64,000 bases of DNA from Pseudomonadales bacterium (lineage in GTDB: Bacteria > Pseudomonadota > Gammaproteobacteria > Pseudomonadales > CAWVSB01). Below, in pieces: positions 37,383-48,008 of the stretch (position 1 is its first letter; each line of letters opens with the position of its first letter). The stretch lies in assembly GCA_036960375.1 (NCBI GenBank), contig JBALVY010000001.1:42293-106292 (forward strand). The letters run 5' to 3'. The notes beneath the pieces are model-generated. The model had not been told where the DNA came from. It saw only the letters and a list, made by a program, of their open reading frames with translations, and searched no databases. The translations under genes and the position numbers were made by a program.

Positions 37383-38480
37383 CTATTTGGCCTCTTCAGT
37401 TTCTGGTTTATCGCCTGGCTGGCTTTCACCATACAGCCAGGCAACAGACAATTCGTATGCCAGAGATAGAACTACCGAGCCAACAAACAGACCAATAATT
37501 CCCGACATCATCATACCGCCAATAGCGCCTATCAAGATAACCAGCATCGGTGTTGATAGACCCCGACCCAATAACATGGGTTTAAGAAAACCATCGCTTA
37601 CACTGATAAAAATACACCATACGAGAAATATCGTCGCCGGCGTTGAGTCATAAGCAGAAAAGGCATACGCCGCCACGGGCCCCAAAACCACCAGAGGCGG
37701 TAGCTGCATAATTGCCAGTAACAGTACCAATAACGCCCAAATACCTGCGCCGGGGATATCCATAACCAACATCCCGACACCGGAAAACACCGCTTGAATA
37801 ATGGCCACACCCAATACACCCTTCACTACGCTGCTCACTGTGTCGCCAGCAAGCTTGGTAAAGGATTCCCCTGCCTCACCGGCTAGCTTGACCGAAAGCA
37901 CATGGGAAAAACTCTTACAGGCCTCGGCATTGACCAAAAAGACTCCGGCAATAATGATCGAAAGTGCAAACTGCAGAATACTAAAACCTGCTCCTGTGAC
38001 TAAAGAAAATGCGGTTTTGGCAATCTGCGCTACACGTTCCTTATTTTTAGCAAGCAGAGCTTCCAGGTTTTCCGAGGAGGCACTCCATACGCTATAGACT
38101 TTTTCTCCAATAAGGGGCAACGACTTAACCTTTTCAGGCGGTGGCGCAATTTTCAGCTCACCCTGTTGAATTTTGTCAATCAACCCACTGCTGCTATCGG
38201 ATACGCTGAAAGCCAACTCTACTGTTGGCACCAGTAATAGAGCCAACATTATCACCGAGAAAAGGCCGGCGGCCATTTTTTCTCTACCACCTAACTTTGC
38301 AACCAGCGCCTTATAAATTGGGTAAGCGGCAACAGCGATAATCATCCCCCAGGCCACAGGCTGTACAAACGGTAGGATAATCTGTAAACACCAGGCAAAA
38401 AGAAGCCCGAGAATAACCACACGAATCACTGTGACTATTGCCTGACTACTTGATTCCCCAGCGGCTGTATTATTCATCAT
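37383..38480 (-). CDS. AI-2E family transporter (PerM/UPF0118)
   Basis: 365 aa, about 8 TM segments. Pattern AVAAYPIYKALVAKLGG...FISVSDGFLKPMLLGRG is typical of the family. Confidence 0.8.
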   Translation of the reverse strand: MMNNTAAGESSSQAIVTVIRVVILGLLFAWCLQIILPFVQPVAWGMIIAVAAYPIYKALVAKLGGREKMAAGLFSVIMLALLLVPTVELAFSVSDSSSGLIDKIQQGELKIAPPPEKVKSLPLIGEKVYSVWSASSENLEALLAKNKERVAQIAKTAFSLVTGAGFSILQFALSIIIAGVFLVNAEACKSFSHVLSVKLAGEAGESFTKLAGDTVSSVVKGVLGVAIIQAVFSGVGMLVMDIPGAGIWALLVLLLAIMQLPPLVVLGPVAAYAFSAYDSTPATIFLVWCIFISVSDGFLKPMLLGRGLSTPMLVILIGAIGGMMMSGIIGLFVGSVVLSLAYELSVAWLYGESQPGDKPETEEAK

Positions 38481-38693
38481 TCTATACTCCGGTTTTTATC
38501 TTGATAGATCCCAATGAACCAAAGAATACGAGCCCGTATAGCGTAAGTCCACGATTAATGATAAAAATACTACATGCAGACGAACTCCCAAGTGGAACCC
38601 ATCATTTTATCTTTGTCTGGTACACTATTAACATCGTTGACGACCCTTTAATGGTCACTAACCGGCCACAGACAACAATATGCGGAGACAACC

Positions 38694-39419
38694 ATGACCA
38701 GCCAAAGTTTAAATACTCAAACCCTGCACATAGCATTTTGGAAAAAGGTGGTGTTTGTTTCACTTAGTGCCATCGCAATAGCATTTGCCGTTAGCCTGAG
38801 CGTAGAATCAGACGCTCCCGAGATAAGCCATGACGGCCTGCATTTAACACCCACTGACGATGTGGCACTCTTATATCTAAAGCCGGATGCCGACTTCAGC
38901 CCTTACAAACGTTTTGTCCTTCTCGAGGCTTATGTCGCCTTCAAAAAGAACTGGCAACGAGATACCAAGGTGGCTGGCCGCCGGGTGTCAAACAAAGACA
39001 TGGAAAAGATCAAGGTTGAGGTCGCACAGCTATTTCAAGACAGTTTCAAAGAAGTATTGGAAACCGATGGAGGTTACGCCTTTGTTGACAAGGCTGATGA
39101 TGACGTCTTAATACTGAGGCCCGCCATTATCGATCTGGATATCACCGCCCCTGATATCATGGTACCTGGTCGTGTAACACAGTATGTTGCATCCTCTGGC
39201 GCAGCCACCTTGTATTTGGAAGTATTTGATTCTGTCAGCGGGGAAATTCTGGCCCGTATTGTTGATCGCAAGCGCACACGTGATTCAGGTTATATGCAAT
39301 GGTCTTCCAGCGTCAGCAACCGAGCAGATGCAAAACGTATGTTCAAACGTTGGGCCACTATGCTCAGAGAAGGCTTCGACGATCTTCATAGCGAAGCACA
39401 GGCTGCTGACAAACCCTAG
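38694..39419 (+). CDS. Exported hypothetical protein (DUF3313-like)
   Basis: N-terminal anchor. Pattern [36 protein letters not shown] recalled from DUF3313 proteins. Not verified. Confidence 0.4.
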   Translation: MTSQSLNTQTLHIAFWKKVVFVSLSAIAIAFAVSLSVESDAPEISHDGLHLTPTDDVALLYLKPDADFSPYKRFVLLEAYVAFKKNWQRDTKVAGRRVSNKDMEKIKVEVAQLFQDSFKEVLETDGGYAFVDKADDDVLILRPAIIDLDITAPDIMVPGRVTQYVASSGAATLYLEVFDSVSGEILARIVDRKRTRDSGYMQWSSSVSNRADAKRMFKRWATMLREGFDDLHSEAQAADKP

Positions 39420-39448
39420 AACTGTCACTATCTCTGTTAATCAAAGAT

Positions 39449-40123
39449 ATGTATGAGCAGCCAGTAATTTACAATCAGCACCTGCGCCAGCAGGTGCAAA
39501 AAAACCTCGCACTCTTCGATGCGACATACCACCCCCACCAGGGTCTGCGGCAAGCTGCCGTCGCTATCACTCTGGTCAATGTTCAACAAAACCCCGCTGT
39601 TTACAATATGGCGTATGACGATAGTTGGGCTGATCATGCGGCAATCATATTAACTCGACGTCCAGACTCTATGCGAAATCACGGTGGACAGTGGGCGCTG
39701 CCTGGCGGGGCGATGGACAAAGGTGAAACCCCCGAACAAACCGCACTGAGAGAGCTTGAGGAAGAAATTGGGCTGGCGCTGGATCATAGTCACATTCTCG
39801 GCCGGCTTGATGACTACACCAGCCGATCAGGCTTTGTTATCAAGCCAATTGTCTTATGGGGCGGATTTGATGTACCACTAACAGCCAATCCGGCAGAAGT
39901 AGCATCTATTCATCGAATCCCCGTGAGCGAATTTCTGCGCAAGGACTCGCCCATGCTGGAATCGATCCCTGAGAGCCAACATCCTGTACTTAAAATGCCT
40001 GTCGGAAATAGCTGGATAGCCGCACCTACAGCCGCCCTCATTTACCAATTCCGTGAGGTTGCGCTACTCGGGCAACATACCCGTGTGGCACATTTTGAAC
40101 AGCCCGTTTTCGCGTGGAAATAA
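39449..40123 (+). CDS. NUDIX hydrolase (CoA pyrophosphatase-like)
   Basis: NUDIX box [24 protein letters not shown] preceded by [20 protein letters not shown], as in NudL-type enzymes. Confidence 0.65.
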   Translation: MYEQPVIYNQHLRQQVQKNLALFDATYHPHQGLRQAAVAITLVNVQQNPAVYNMAYDDSWADHAAIILTRRPDSMRNHGGQWALPGGAMDKGETPEQTALRELEEEIGLALDHSHILGRLDDYTSRSGFVIKPIVLWGGFDVPLTANPAEVASIHRIPVSEFLRKDSPMLESIPESQHPVLKMPVGNSWIAAPTAALIYQFREVALLGQHTRVAHFEQPVFAWK

Positions 40124-40227
40124 AAGAATAGCCGTCGTTTTCACTAGCAAACCACTCAAAAAGCCTACTATTTATATAAAAAGCAGGCTTTCGGCAGTAT
40201 AGTTAGCACTGATACTGGCAACTCAGG

Positions 40228-42462
40228 ATGATCAAAGCCCAATGCAATACCGAAAACCGAACAACAGGTGAAACGATACTGATGCCGCTCTTTCATACCA
40301 GAATCGCTGTAATTATTGGCCTTCTATTGGTAGCGCTGCCGACTCACTGTGAAATTAACGCAAGCCCCGGGCACGCTGTTGCAAGCAAGGGAGAACTGGA
40401 TCTTCGGCAATGGGATTTCGAGCAACAGGGCATACTGGAACTTGACGGAGAGTGGAATTTCTACTGGTCACAATTACTCAACCCGGAACAAATTCGTAAC
40501 TCCGACATCAAGGCGACCACTGTTACCGTTCCCGGATACTGGGATGATTATGCTGCCAACACTGAGGCATCCCCTACGGGGTACGCCACCTACAGCCTTA
40601 CTATAAAACTGCCTGCCAAGCATCCACACCTGAGCCTGTATGCCGGAGGCCAGGGCAGTAACTATGCTCTGTGGATTAATAATACCTTGGCCGCTCACAA
40701 CGGCGTAATCGGCACGAGTAAAGAAACTTCCACAGCGGAAAATAAAACGTATATTGTTGCGCTTCCTGATCAGGGCGAAACCGTACAAATAGTATTGCAG
40801 ATCTCGAACTTCCATCATCGAAAAGCAGGCCTTCGTAATACCCTGCTATTGGGGGCCGAAGGACAAATACAATACCACCGAATGATCGAGTTTGCCTCTG
40901 AAATATCTATTCTCGGCGGCCTTACGATTGTAAGCCTATTTCATCTGTTTTTCTTTCTCTATCACCCGAGACAAAAAGCGCTGCTGTACTTTGCTTTAAT
41001 CGCCGGTATATTCGCGGTGCGAGTCGGTGCTACCAGCCAGGATTCACTGCCGGTTATTTTCCCCTTTCTAAGCTGGGAAGCGGTTATGCGAATCGATTAC
41101 CTGACCTTTTTTCTATCTTCCACAGGCTTCTTATTATTTGTACGAAGTATGTACCCACAAGATGTACATAGATGGGCAGTACCGGCGGTGTCGGGAATTG
41201 CTCTGTTATTTTGCCTGATACTGGCCAGCGTCGACACGCTGACTTTAAGCTATACGCCCAGGTACTATCAGGCTGTATTGATAATTGAGATGGCCTATTT
41301 TTTAGCACTGCTTGTACGCGTGGTTATGCGGAAACGAGATGGTGCGCGATATTTTGTCGTTGCCACCCTGATATTATTCAGTTTTATGCTGGCCGAGATG
41401 TTATTTCTCGAAAGTTTTGTTGACTATACAAAAATCTCTACCATAGGTTTTCTGTGTTTTATTCTGACGTTGGCTGCCATGCTTTCTTCACAATTTACGG
41501 AATCGCTACAACGCTCAGAAGCGCTGTCCTTACAACTGACAAAAAATAACGATTTACTGCGCGCAAGCGAACAAAAATATCGCGATGTTTTTAATAACTC
41601 TCGCGATATGATTTTTATCGCTGGAGCTGATGGCATGTGCCAGGATATAAACCGAGCCTGCGAACAAGTGATTGGCTATACCCGCAAAGAACTTACCGGT
41701 ACGGCGATACACAAACTTATGGTCAAAAGACGTGATCGCGAACGGATGATGAGACACATCCTTAAGGGCCAGCCGTTTAAGGATTTCGAAGCTCAAATCG
41801 CCCGCAAGCAGGGTGACGAAATAACGGTTCTGGTCAATGCTGGCCCCATACTGGATAAAAATGGCAACGCGTCGGGTTTCCAGGGGACCATCCGGGACAT
41901 CAGCATCCGAAAAATTGCCGAGTCGGAAACCCGACGCGCTAAAATGCTGGAGGAGCTTGCCAGCACAGATTCACTGACCAAAGTCCACAATCGACGTTTT
42001 TTTCAACACGCTGCGGAAGTAGAAATAGAGTGCGCGCAAAAAACCGGCTCACCACTCAGCTTGATCTTATTCGACATTGATCACTTTAAAGCGGTAAATG
42101 ACTCGTACGGACATAAAGCGGGAGACCGAGTACTGAAGGAAATTGCCTCACTCTGTGCAAAGGAAATGCGCAGCAAAGATATATTTGCCCGCTATGGTGG
42201 GGAAGAATTTGTTATTTTAATGCCGGACACCACCGGCACCGCGGCACTCATCAGCGCTAATCGCTTACGCGATATGGTTGCAGAAGCTACCACAAACACC
42301 AATGGACACGATATTAAACTCACCATCAGTGCGGGCATTAGCTGCTGGGAAAACAACGGTATGGCGAATCTTGATCAACTTGAAAAACAAGCTGATCAAG
42401 CACTGTATGAATCGAAAGGAGCGGGCCGAAATCGCTGCACTTTATGGCGAGACTTGAGCTAG
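40228..42462 (+). CDS. 7TMR-DISM sensor with PAS domain and GGDEF diguanylate cyclase
   Basis: Periplasmic N-terminal domain (LDGEWNFYWSQLL), seven TM segments, PAS, and GGDEF active site RYGGEEF. The start may instead be ATG 40282 (MPLFHTRIAV). Confidence 0.85.
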   Translation: MIKAQCNTENRTTGETILMPLFHTRIAVIIGLLLVALPTHCEINASPGHAVASKGELDLRQWDFEQQGILELDGEWNFYWSQLLNPEQIRNSDIKATTVTVPGYWDDYAANTEASPTGYATYSLTIKLPAKHPHLSLYAGGQGSNYALWINNTLAAHNGVIGTSKETSTAENKTYIVALPDQGETVQIVLQISNFHHRKAGLRNTLLLGAEGQIQYHRMIEFASEISILGGLTIVSLFHLFFFLYHPRQKALLYFALIAGIFAVRVGATSQDSLPVIFPFLSWEAVMRIDYLTFFLSSTGFLLFVRSMYPQDVHRWAVPAVSGIALLFCLILASVDTLTLSYTPRYYQAVLIIEMAYFLALLVRVVMRKRDGARYFVVATLILFSFMLAEMLFLESFVDYTKISTIGFLCFILTLAAMLSSQFTESLQRSEALSLQLTKNNDLLRASEQKYRDVFNNSRDMIFIAGADGMCQDINRACEQVIGYTRKELTGTAIHKLMVKRRDRERMMRHILKGQPFKDFEAQIARKQGDEITVLVNAGPILDKNGNASGFQGTIRDISIRKIAESETRRAKMLEELASTDSLTKVHNRRFFQHAAEVEIECAQKTGSPLSLILFDIDHFKAVNDSYGHKAGDRVLKEIASLCAKEMRSKDIFARYGGEEFVILMPDTTGTAALISANRLRDMVAEATTNTNGHDIKLTISAGISCWENNGMANLDQLEKQADQALYESKGAGRNRCTLWRDLS

Positions 42463-42467
42463 AATTT

Positions 42468-43232
42468 CTAACCGCGATTTTCACTGTTCCACAGGATGCA
42501 CTCTTCAAGTGAGACTCCCTTACCGCCGAAGATATCTAATGCGCTACCTATAGTCAGGTCGACTTTCGCCTCAGATAACTGTTGAACCAGATCCAAATCC
42601 TGCAATGACCGAGCGCCTCCGGCATAAGTCACAGGAATAGAGCATAGTTGACCTAGGGTATGTACCAGCTCTTCATCGATACCTGCCTGCAAGCCCTCTA
42701 CGTCGGCAGCATGAACAAGAAACTCGGCACAATGCTGACTAAGCGCGGTAATAGTTTGTGCATCGATAGCCGTTTCAGTCACTGTTTGCCAGCGATCAGT
42801 CGCAATATGCCAACCCTCAGCTTGTTTTCGACAACTCAGATCCAGTACTAAGTGCTCAAGACCGACTTCACGCTTAATTTTTTCCAGCCTGTCCCAACTA
42901 AACTGACCTGATTCAAACAGATAGGAAGTGACAATGACATGTGAAGCTCCGGCTTCAAGATATGCCGCCGCGTTTTCATAATTCACCCCACCGCCAAATT
43001 GTAACTCGCCACGCCATGCACCTAGTGCACTAAGCGCCTGCTCGGTATTACCGGAACCCAGCGCGATAACGTGGCCGCCGGTTAAATCGTGTTTGCCATA
43101 TAACTCGGCATAGTAGGCCGCATTATGCGCGCTGACAAAATTGGTTTCGGCACCCTCATCATTGAGACTACCGCCAACGATTTGTTTTACCTTGCCTTGG
43201 TGCAGGTCGATACAGGGACGAAATTGAGTCAA
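42468..43232 (-). CDS. hisA: Eukaryote-type HisA (ProFAR isomerase, yeast His6-like)
   Basis: TTG start. FRPCIDLHQGKVKQIVGGSL, VLDLSCRK...WQTVTE, FLVHAADVEGL, YAGGARS, KVDLTIGSALDIFGG and EECILWN closely parallel the yeast His6 sequence as I recall it. Confidence 0.75.
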   Translation of the reverse strand: MTQFRPCIDLHQGKVKQIVGGSLNDEGAETNFVSAHNAAYYAELYGKHDLTGGHVIALGSGNTEQALSALGAWRGELQFGGGVNYENAAAYLEAGASHVIVTSYLFESGQFSWDRLEKIKREVGLEHLVLDLSCRKQAEGWHIATDRWQTVTETAIDAQTITALSQHCAEFLVHAADVEGLQAGIDEELVHTLGQLCSIPVTYAGGARSLQDLDLVQQLSEAKVDLTIGSALDIFGGKGVSLEECILWNSENRG

Positions 43233-43451
43233 GTGAACACTCTGCTACAGATCATTAATCGGCGATTATATCTCAGCCGGCTGAGGCAAGCTAAGCTATA
43301 AACACCAAACTTGCGTATATCATGCGTGGCTGGACATTAGCATATTTGCCTGAAAAACAAACAAATCGTAAGGCCCGGCGGCCAAACTAGTCGAGCATTT
43401 ACAGACAAAAGACGACATAATCCTCGCCGCCTGACCAAGCGGAAACCACTG

Positions 43452-44651
43452 ATGTTCAATAAGCTGCAAGCACAATCGCCACTACTTCTATTGTTTATGG
43501 CTTCATTTGTTGCAATGGGACCGCTGGCGACCGATATGTATTTACCTGCCATGCCCACTATGGTCGAGGCTTTCGGGACTGAAATCAGCCGAGTACAACT
43601 CACGCTCAGCGCGTATCTGGCTGGTTTTTCATTTTTCCATCTAATTTGCGGCCCACTCTCAGACCGTTTCGGCCGCCGCCCCATATTGTTCGGCGGTATG
43701 CTGCTATTTCTTTGCGCCTCGCTCGGCTGTGCTTCAGCACAATCAATTGACCAGCTGATTTTCTGGCGCGTGGTACAGGGCATAGGGGCTTGTTCCGGCC
43801 CAACCCTGGGAAGAGCGATGGTACGTGACCTATATGCCCCCAGAGAGGCAGCCAAGGCATTGGCCACAATGGCGGCTATCATGGCACTGGCGCCAGTGGT
43901 AGCGCCCATTGCCGGAGGCTGGATGGTCGAACTGTGGCACTGGCAATCCATCTTTCTGTCACTTGCCATCTATAGCGCTATTACCATGGGCCTGCTTTTA
44001 ATCAAGGTTCCGGAAACGCTGCCTCAAAAACAAAGCCTGAACATCAAAAACATACTGTCCAACTACAGTAGCCTGATCGGTAACCGTCGGTATATGCTCT
44101 ATATCCTCGCCCCTGCTTTCTTGTACGCTGGCACACTGGGATTTTTAGCAGGCTCCAGCTTTGTACTGATTGAATTTATGCACGTGCCTACACATCAGTT
44201 TGGGTACTGGTTTATGTTCATTGTTGTCGGTTACATTTTTGGCAATCTGTTCACCATGCGCTTTGCTTATAAAATGGATCGCCATAAGCTTATGCGGCTT
44301 GGTGCCAGCCTGTGCTCTCTTTCAGGCCTGATAATGATCGGCCTTGCCGTAATGCAGGTATACCACCCACTCAGTATTATCTCGCCGATGATACTATTTA
44401 CCTTTGCTCTCGGCATTACCTGGCCTCAAGCTATGGCCGAAGCGCTGGCCCCATTCCCTCATATGGCTGGTACCGCTTCGGCGCTTATGGGTTTATGCCA
44501 AATGGCCATTGCCGCTGGCGTTGTGGCACTGGTGAGCATTTTTGTCAGCGGCGAGCCCTTACCAATGGCAATCATTATTACTGGTTGTGGTGGCGCGTCA
44601 TTGCTCATTTTTTGGCAACTCAGCGCCAGCCCCGTGGCTTCTGAGGCTTAA
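43452..44651 (+). CDS. MFS drug efflux transporter, Bcr/CflA (DHA1) subfamily
   Basis: 12 TM segments. Motif GPLSDRFGRRPILFGG. N-terminus LLLLFMASFVAMGPLATDMYLPAMP is typical of Bcr/CflA. Confidence 0.8.
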   Translation: MFNKLQAQSPLLLLFMASFVAMGPLATDMYLPAMPTMVEAFGTEISRVQLTLSAYLAGFSFFHLICGPLSDRFGRRPILFGGMLLFLCASLGCASAQSIDQLIFWRVVQGIGACSGPTLGRAMVRDLYAPREAAKALATMAAIMALAPVVAPIAGGWMVELWHWQSIFLSLAIYSAITMGLLLIKVPETLPQKQSLNIKNILSNYSSLIGNRRYMLYILAPAFLYAGTLGFLAGSSFVLIEFMHVPTHQFGYWFMFIVVGYIFGNLFTMRFAYKMDRHKLMRLGASLCSLSGLIMIGLAVMQVYHPLSIISPMILFTFALGITWPQAMAEALAPFPHMAGTASALMGLCQMAIAAGVVALVSIFVSGEPLPMAIIITGCGGASLLIFWQLSASPVASEA

Positions 44652-44718
44652 TCGGCCCATCGTAATCGCGATTTTTGAGCTACAATTATCCCCATACAAA
44701 ACACGCGAGGATCATCCC

Positions 44719-45522
44719 ATGTCGATACCCCAGCTTACCGATTGTCAGCTCGAGGTCTCTAACAAAGTTGCTGTACTGAAATTTGACCGCAACGATGTGC
44801 TCAACGCATTGACTGGTACTGCCATTGCAGACGATCTGGTCGAAACTGTGGCGTGGTTAAATCAACAGAATGACGTTCAGGTGCTCATCCTGACTGGCAA
44901 TGGCAGGGCCTTTTCCGCCGGCGGCAACGTCAAGGATATGGCTGAACGTAAGAACGAGTTTGCAGGTAATGCGGAGGAGCTGGCTGCTCGCTATCAGGCA
45001 GGCATCCAGCGTATTCCTCTGGCCATGGCGAGTCTGGAGCTTCCAGCTATCGCCGCAGTCAACGGACCGGCAATTGGCGCTGGTTTTGATTTAGTGAATA
45101 TGTGCGATATGGCAATCGCCAGTGATAGAGCAAGGTTTGGCGAAACTTTTGTCAATCTGGGCATTATTCCCGGCGATGGCGGCGCCTGGTTTCTACCGCG
45201 TAAAATCGGCATGCAGCGAGCAGCAGAGCTTACCTATAGCGGAAGAATCATTGATGCAAAAGAGGCACTGAAGCTGGGAGTCATTTTGGAACATGTACCT
45301 GCCGACAATTTGCTTGAGCATGCACTATCTCTGGCGGCATCCATTGCTTGTAAACCGGCTTTTGCATTGCGCCAAAGCAAGCGTTTATTACAAGCCAGCC
45401 CTGTCACACCTCTGCCGGAATTCCTGCAGCTGTGCGCACAAATTCAGGGACAGTGCCACCAAAAGCCGGAGCATATGGAAGCTGTATTAGCTCTATTGGA
45501 CAAGATGAGCTCTGCGAAGTAG
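44719..45522 (+). CDS. Enoyl-CoA hydratase/isomerase (crotonase) family protein
   Basis: ATG 44719 (MSIPQLTD...). The track ORF start at 44542 would overlap the MFS gene. Motifs LTGNGRAFSAGGNVKDM and AAVNGPAIGAGFDL. Confidence 0.85.
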   Translation: MSIPQLTDCQLEVSNKVAVLKFDRNDVLNALTGTAIADDLVETVAWLNQQNDVQVLILTGNGRAFSAGGNVKDMAERKNEFAGNAEELAARYQAGIQRIPLAMASLELPAIAAVNGPAIGAGFDLVNMCDMAIASDRARFGETFVNLGIIPGDGGAWFLPRKIGMQRAAELTYSGRIIDAKEALKLGVILEHVPADNLLEHALSLAASIACKPAFALRQSKRLLQASPVTPLPEFLQLCAQIQGQCHQKPEHMEAVLALLDKMSSAK

Positions 45523-46418
45523 TGGCTTACCCTCCCAAGCTAAAACAACTAAAGTATCTTTGCGCTCTCGCTGAAACACTCCACTTCGGTAAAGCAGCGG
45601 ACATCTGTCACGTATCGCAATCTACCCTTAGTGCAGGGATTCAGGAACTGGAAGAACTGCTTGCAGTGGCACTGGTAGAACGCACCAATAAAAAAGTTTT
45701 ACTCACAAGATTAGGCAAAGAAGTCGTCGCACGATCCGTGCCAATACTGGCCAACATCAACGACCTGGTGAGTTTATGCGAGTCAGCTGGCGAGGCCTTA
45801 AGTGGTAAAATTTATCTGGGAATCATCCCAACCATCGCACCATTTATATTGCCGGCATTTGTCGCCCAACTCGAACAACAATATCCCCGCTGTCAATTGA
45901 TTGTGCGCGAAGACTTAAGCGGACACTTGATCAAGAGCCTGCAAGCGGGAGAGCTCGATCTATTGCTACTGGCCCTGCCCTACCCGGCTGCAGAAGTAGA
46001 AACACTGCACCTATTTGATGATGAGTTCCTGCTTGCCATCACCAATACACACCCGCTAGCCAACAACACAACCGTATCAGTTGATGTACTGAATGATCTT
46101 GACTTACTACTATTAGAAGAAGGTCATTGCCTACGCCAGCATGCGCTGGAGGCCTGTCAGCTAAAAGACCAATACACGGATAATAGCTATCAGGCTGCCA
46201 GTCTGAATACCATTGTTCAGCTCGTTGCCAACGATATTGGCGTCACCTTACTGCCTCGCATGGCCTTACGGACACCTCTTGAGGCGAATATAATTACCCG
46301 CAGTTTCACTGAGCCCAATATTAGCCGTTCGATTGGTCTAATGTGGCGTAAGCAGTCTTCCAGACGAGCGGAATTTAAACTTCTGGCTAGTATAATCAAG
46401 CTCTACCAAAATCCCTAA
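45522..46418 (+). CDS. oxyR: LysR-family regulator, OxyR-like
   Basis: GTG 45522 shares one base with the upstream TAG. HTH LKYLCALAETLHFGKAADICHVSQSTLSAGIQELE. LLLLEEGHCLRQHALEAC matches the E. coli OxyR C199/C208 region. Confidence 0.75.
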   Translation: MAYPPKLKQLKYLCALAETLHFGKAADICHVSQSTLSAGIQELEELLAVALVERTNKKVLLTRLGKEVVARSVPILANINDLVSLCESAGEALSGKIYLGIIPTIAPFILPAFVAQLEQQYPRCQLIVREDLSGHLIKSLQAGELDLLLLALPYPAAEVETLHLFDDEFLLAITNTHPLANNTTVSVDVLNDLDLLLLEEGHCLRQHALEACQLKDQYTDNSYQAASLNTIVQLVANDIGVTLLPRMALRTPLEANIITRSFTEPNISRSIGLMWRKQSSRRAEFKLLASIIKLYQNP

Positions 46419-46487
46419 CCTCCCCTATAGGGTTATGGCACAGCCGCAAAAAACGGCTATGCTTAAAGACCACGGGAGGAAACTATC

Positions 46488-47927
46488 ATGTCTACACAAA
46501 CATCAGCTGAGCCCACGTTGGCTACCCATTCAAAAACAACCACTATTGTGGATCTCGATCGCAAGCATGTGCTGCACCCCATGCACGGTTTTGACACCAT
46601 AAACAATGAAGGCGCCTTAGCTATAGATCGCGCCGAAGGCGCTTATATCTTTGATACCGATGGCAATAGATACCTTGATGCGGTGGGTGGTATGTGGTGT
46701 ACCAATATCGGCACCGGTCGCCAGGAAATGGCTGATGCCATTGCTGAACAAGTGATGAAGTGCAACTACTCCAATATGTTTGTCGACATGACCAACGATG
46801 TCACCGTTCAACTGTGCGCCAAGCTTGCCGAACTGGCGCCAGGCAATTTGAACCACGTGTCTTTAACCTGCGGTGGTTCTACCGCAAACGATACCGCATT
46901 TCGCCTGATTCAGTTTTACAACGCCTGTCGCGGCAAGCCCGAGAAAAAGGCCATCATCTCTCGTAAAGACTCTTATCATGGTACCAGCCTGCTGACGATG
47001 TCGCTGGGTGGTAAAGATATGGATCGCTGTCCGGAATTTGGTTACCTGGACACCGACGGCCTGAATGCTATTCACAGCTATAAGGTGAGCTCACCCAACT
47101 TTTATCGCTATGGCGGCGACTTGTCCGAACAGCAGTTTGCCGAAAATCTCTATCTGGAATTTGTCGACAAAGTGGCTGAGCTTGGCGGCCCGAGCAATGT
47201 AGCAGCATTTCTTGCCGAGCCTATTCTTGGCGCAGGCGGTGTGGTTCCACCTCCATGCAACTACATCAAGCGTATTTGGGAATTTTGTAAGGCCAACGAT
47301 ATTCTTTACTGGTCAGACGAAGTAGTGACCGGCTTTGGTCGATGTGGCGAGTGGTTTGTATCAGAGAGTCTGTACGGCATTCAGCCTGATATTATTGTAT
47401 CCGCCAAAGGTCTTAGTTCTGCCTACATTCCGATGGGTGCCTGTATTTTCTCTGACGAGATATGGGATGTTATTGCCGAGTCGGACCAGGGACGAATGTT
47501 CCTCAATGGCTACACCTATGGTGGTCACCCGGTAGGCTCTGCCGCATGTCTGAAAAACATTGAAATCATTGAGCGCGAAAAAATTCTGGAGCATGTGCGC
47601 GATACCGGCGCCTATTTTAGAACCCAGCTGGAAACACTTTATGATCTGGAAATTGTTGGCGACGTGCGCGGATCCCACTTTATGGCCTGCGTCGAATTTG
47701 TCAAAAACAGTGATACCAAAGAAATCTTCCCACCGGAATTGGATATAGGCAAGGTAGTGTCCAATTTTGCCGATCAGATGGGACTAATGGTTCGACCAAT
47801 AGTGAATCTGAACGTTATGTCACCACCGCTGATTTTAACGCGAGAGGAATGTGATTTTATTATTGCCACCTTACGCAAGGCTATTGTCAGCGCGACCGAA
47901 AAAATGAAAGCTGAGGGCCACTTATAA
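46488..47927 (+). CDS. Class-III (omega) aminotransferase
   Basis: GGAGG SD upstream. Motifs GGMWCTNIGTGRQEM, SDEVVTGFGRCGEWF and VSAKGLSSAYIPMG (PLP lysine). Confidence 0.85.
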   Translation: MSTQTSAEPTLATHSKTTTIVDLDRKHVLHPMHGFDTINNEGALAIDRAEGAYIFDTDGNRYLDAVGGMWCTNIGTGRQEMADAIAEQVMKCNYSNMFVDMTNDVTVQLCAKLAELAPGNLNHVSLTCGGSTANDTAFRLIQFYNACRGKPEKKAIISRKDSYHGTSLLTMSLGGKDMDRCPEFGYLDTDGLNAIHSYKVSSPNFYRYGGDLSEQQFAENLYLEFVDKVAELGGPSNVAAFLAEPILGAGGVVPPPCNYIKRIWEFCKANDILYWSDEVVTGFGRCGEWFVSESLYGIQPDIIVSAKGLSSAYIPMGACIFSDEIWDVIAESDQGRMFLNGYTYGGHPVGSAACLKNIEIIEREKILEHVRDTGAYFRTQLETLYDLEIVGDVRGSHFMACVEFVKNSDTKEIFPPELDIGKVVSNFADQMGLMVRPIVNLNVMSPPLILTREECDFIIATLRKAIVSATEKMKAEGHL

Positions 47928-47964
47928 AACCCTGCTAGCCTGCATTAAAATTGGCTCTACAAAT

Positions 47965-47999
47965 AGCTGTGTGTGGTGCCAACTACATACGGCTTTTTT
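47965..47999 (+). terminator. Rho-independent terminator
   Basis: 10-bp stem AGCTGTGTGT / ACATACGGCT (includes two G-U pairs) with a 10-nt loop, followed by a T-run, 38 bp after the stop codon. Confidence 0.55.
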
Positions 48000-48008
48000 G
48001 TAATTCCT

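Noticed and set aside
43337-43969. 210-aa minus-strand ORF
   Set aside because: It overlaps the 5' half of the MFS gene on the opposite strand. Its composition is that of an antisense frame (Ala/Arg/Ser/Pro rich).
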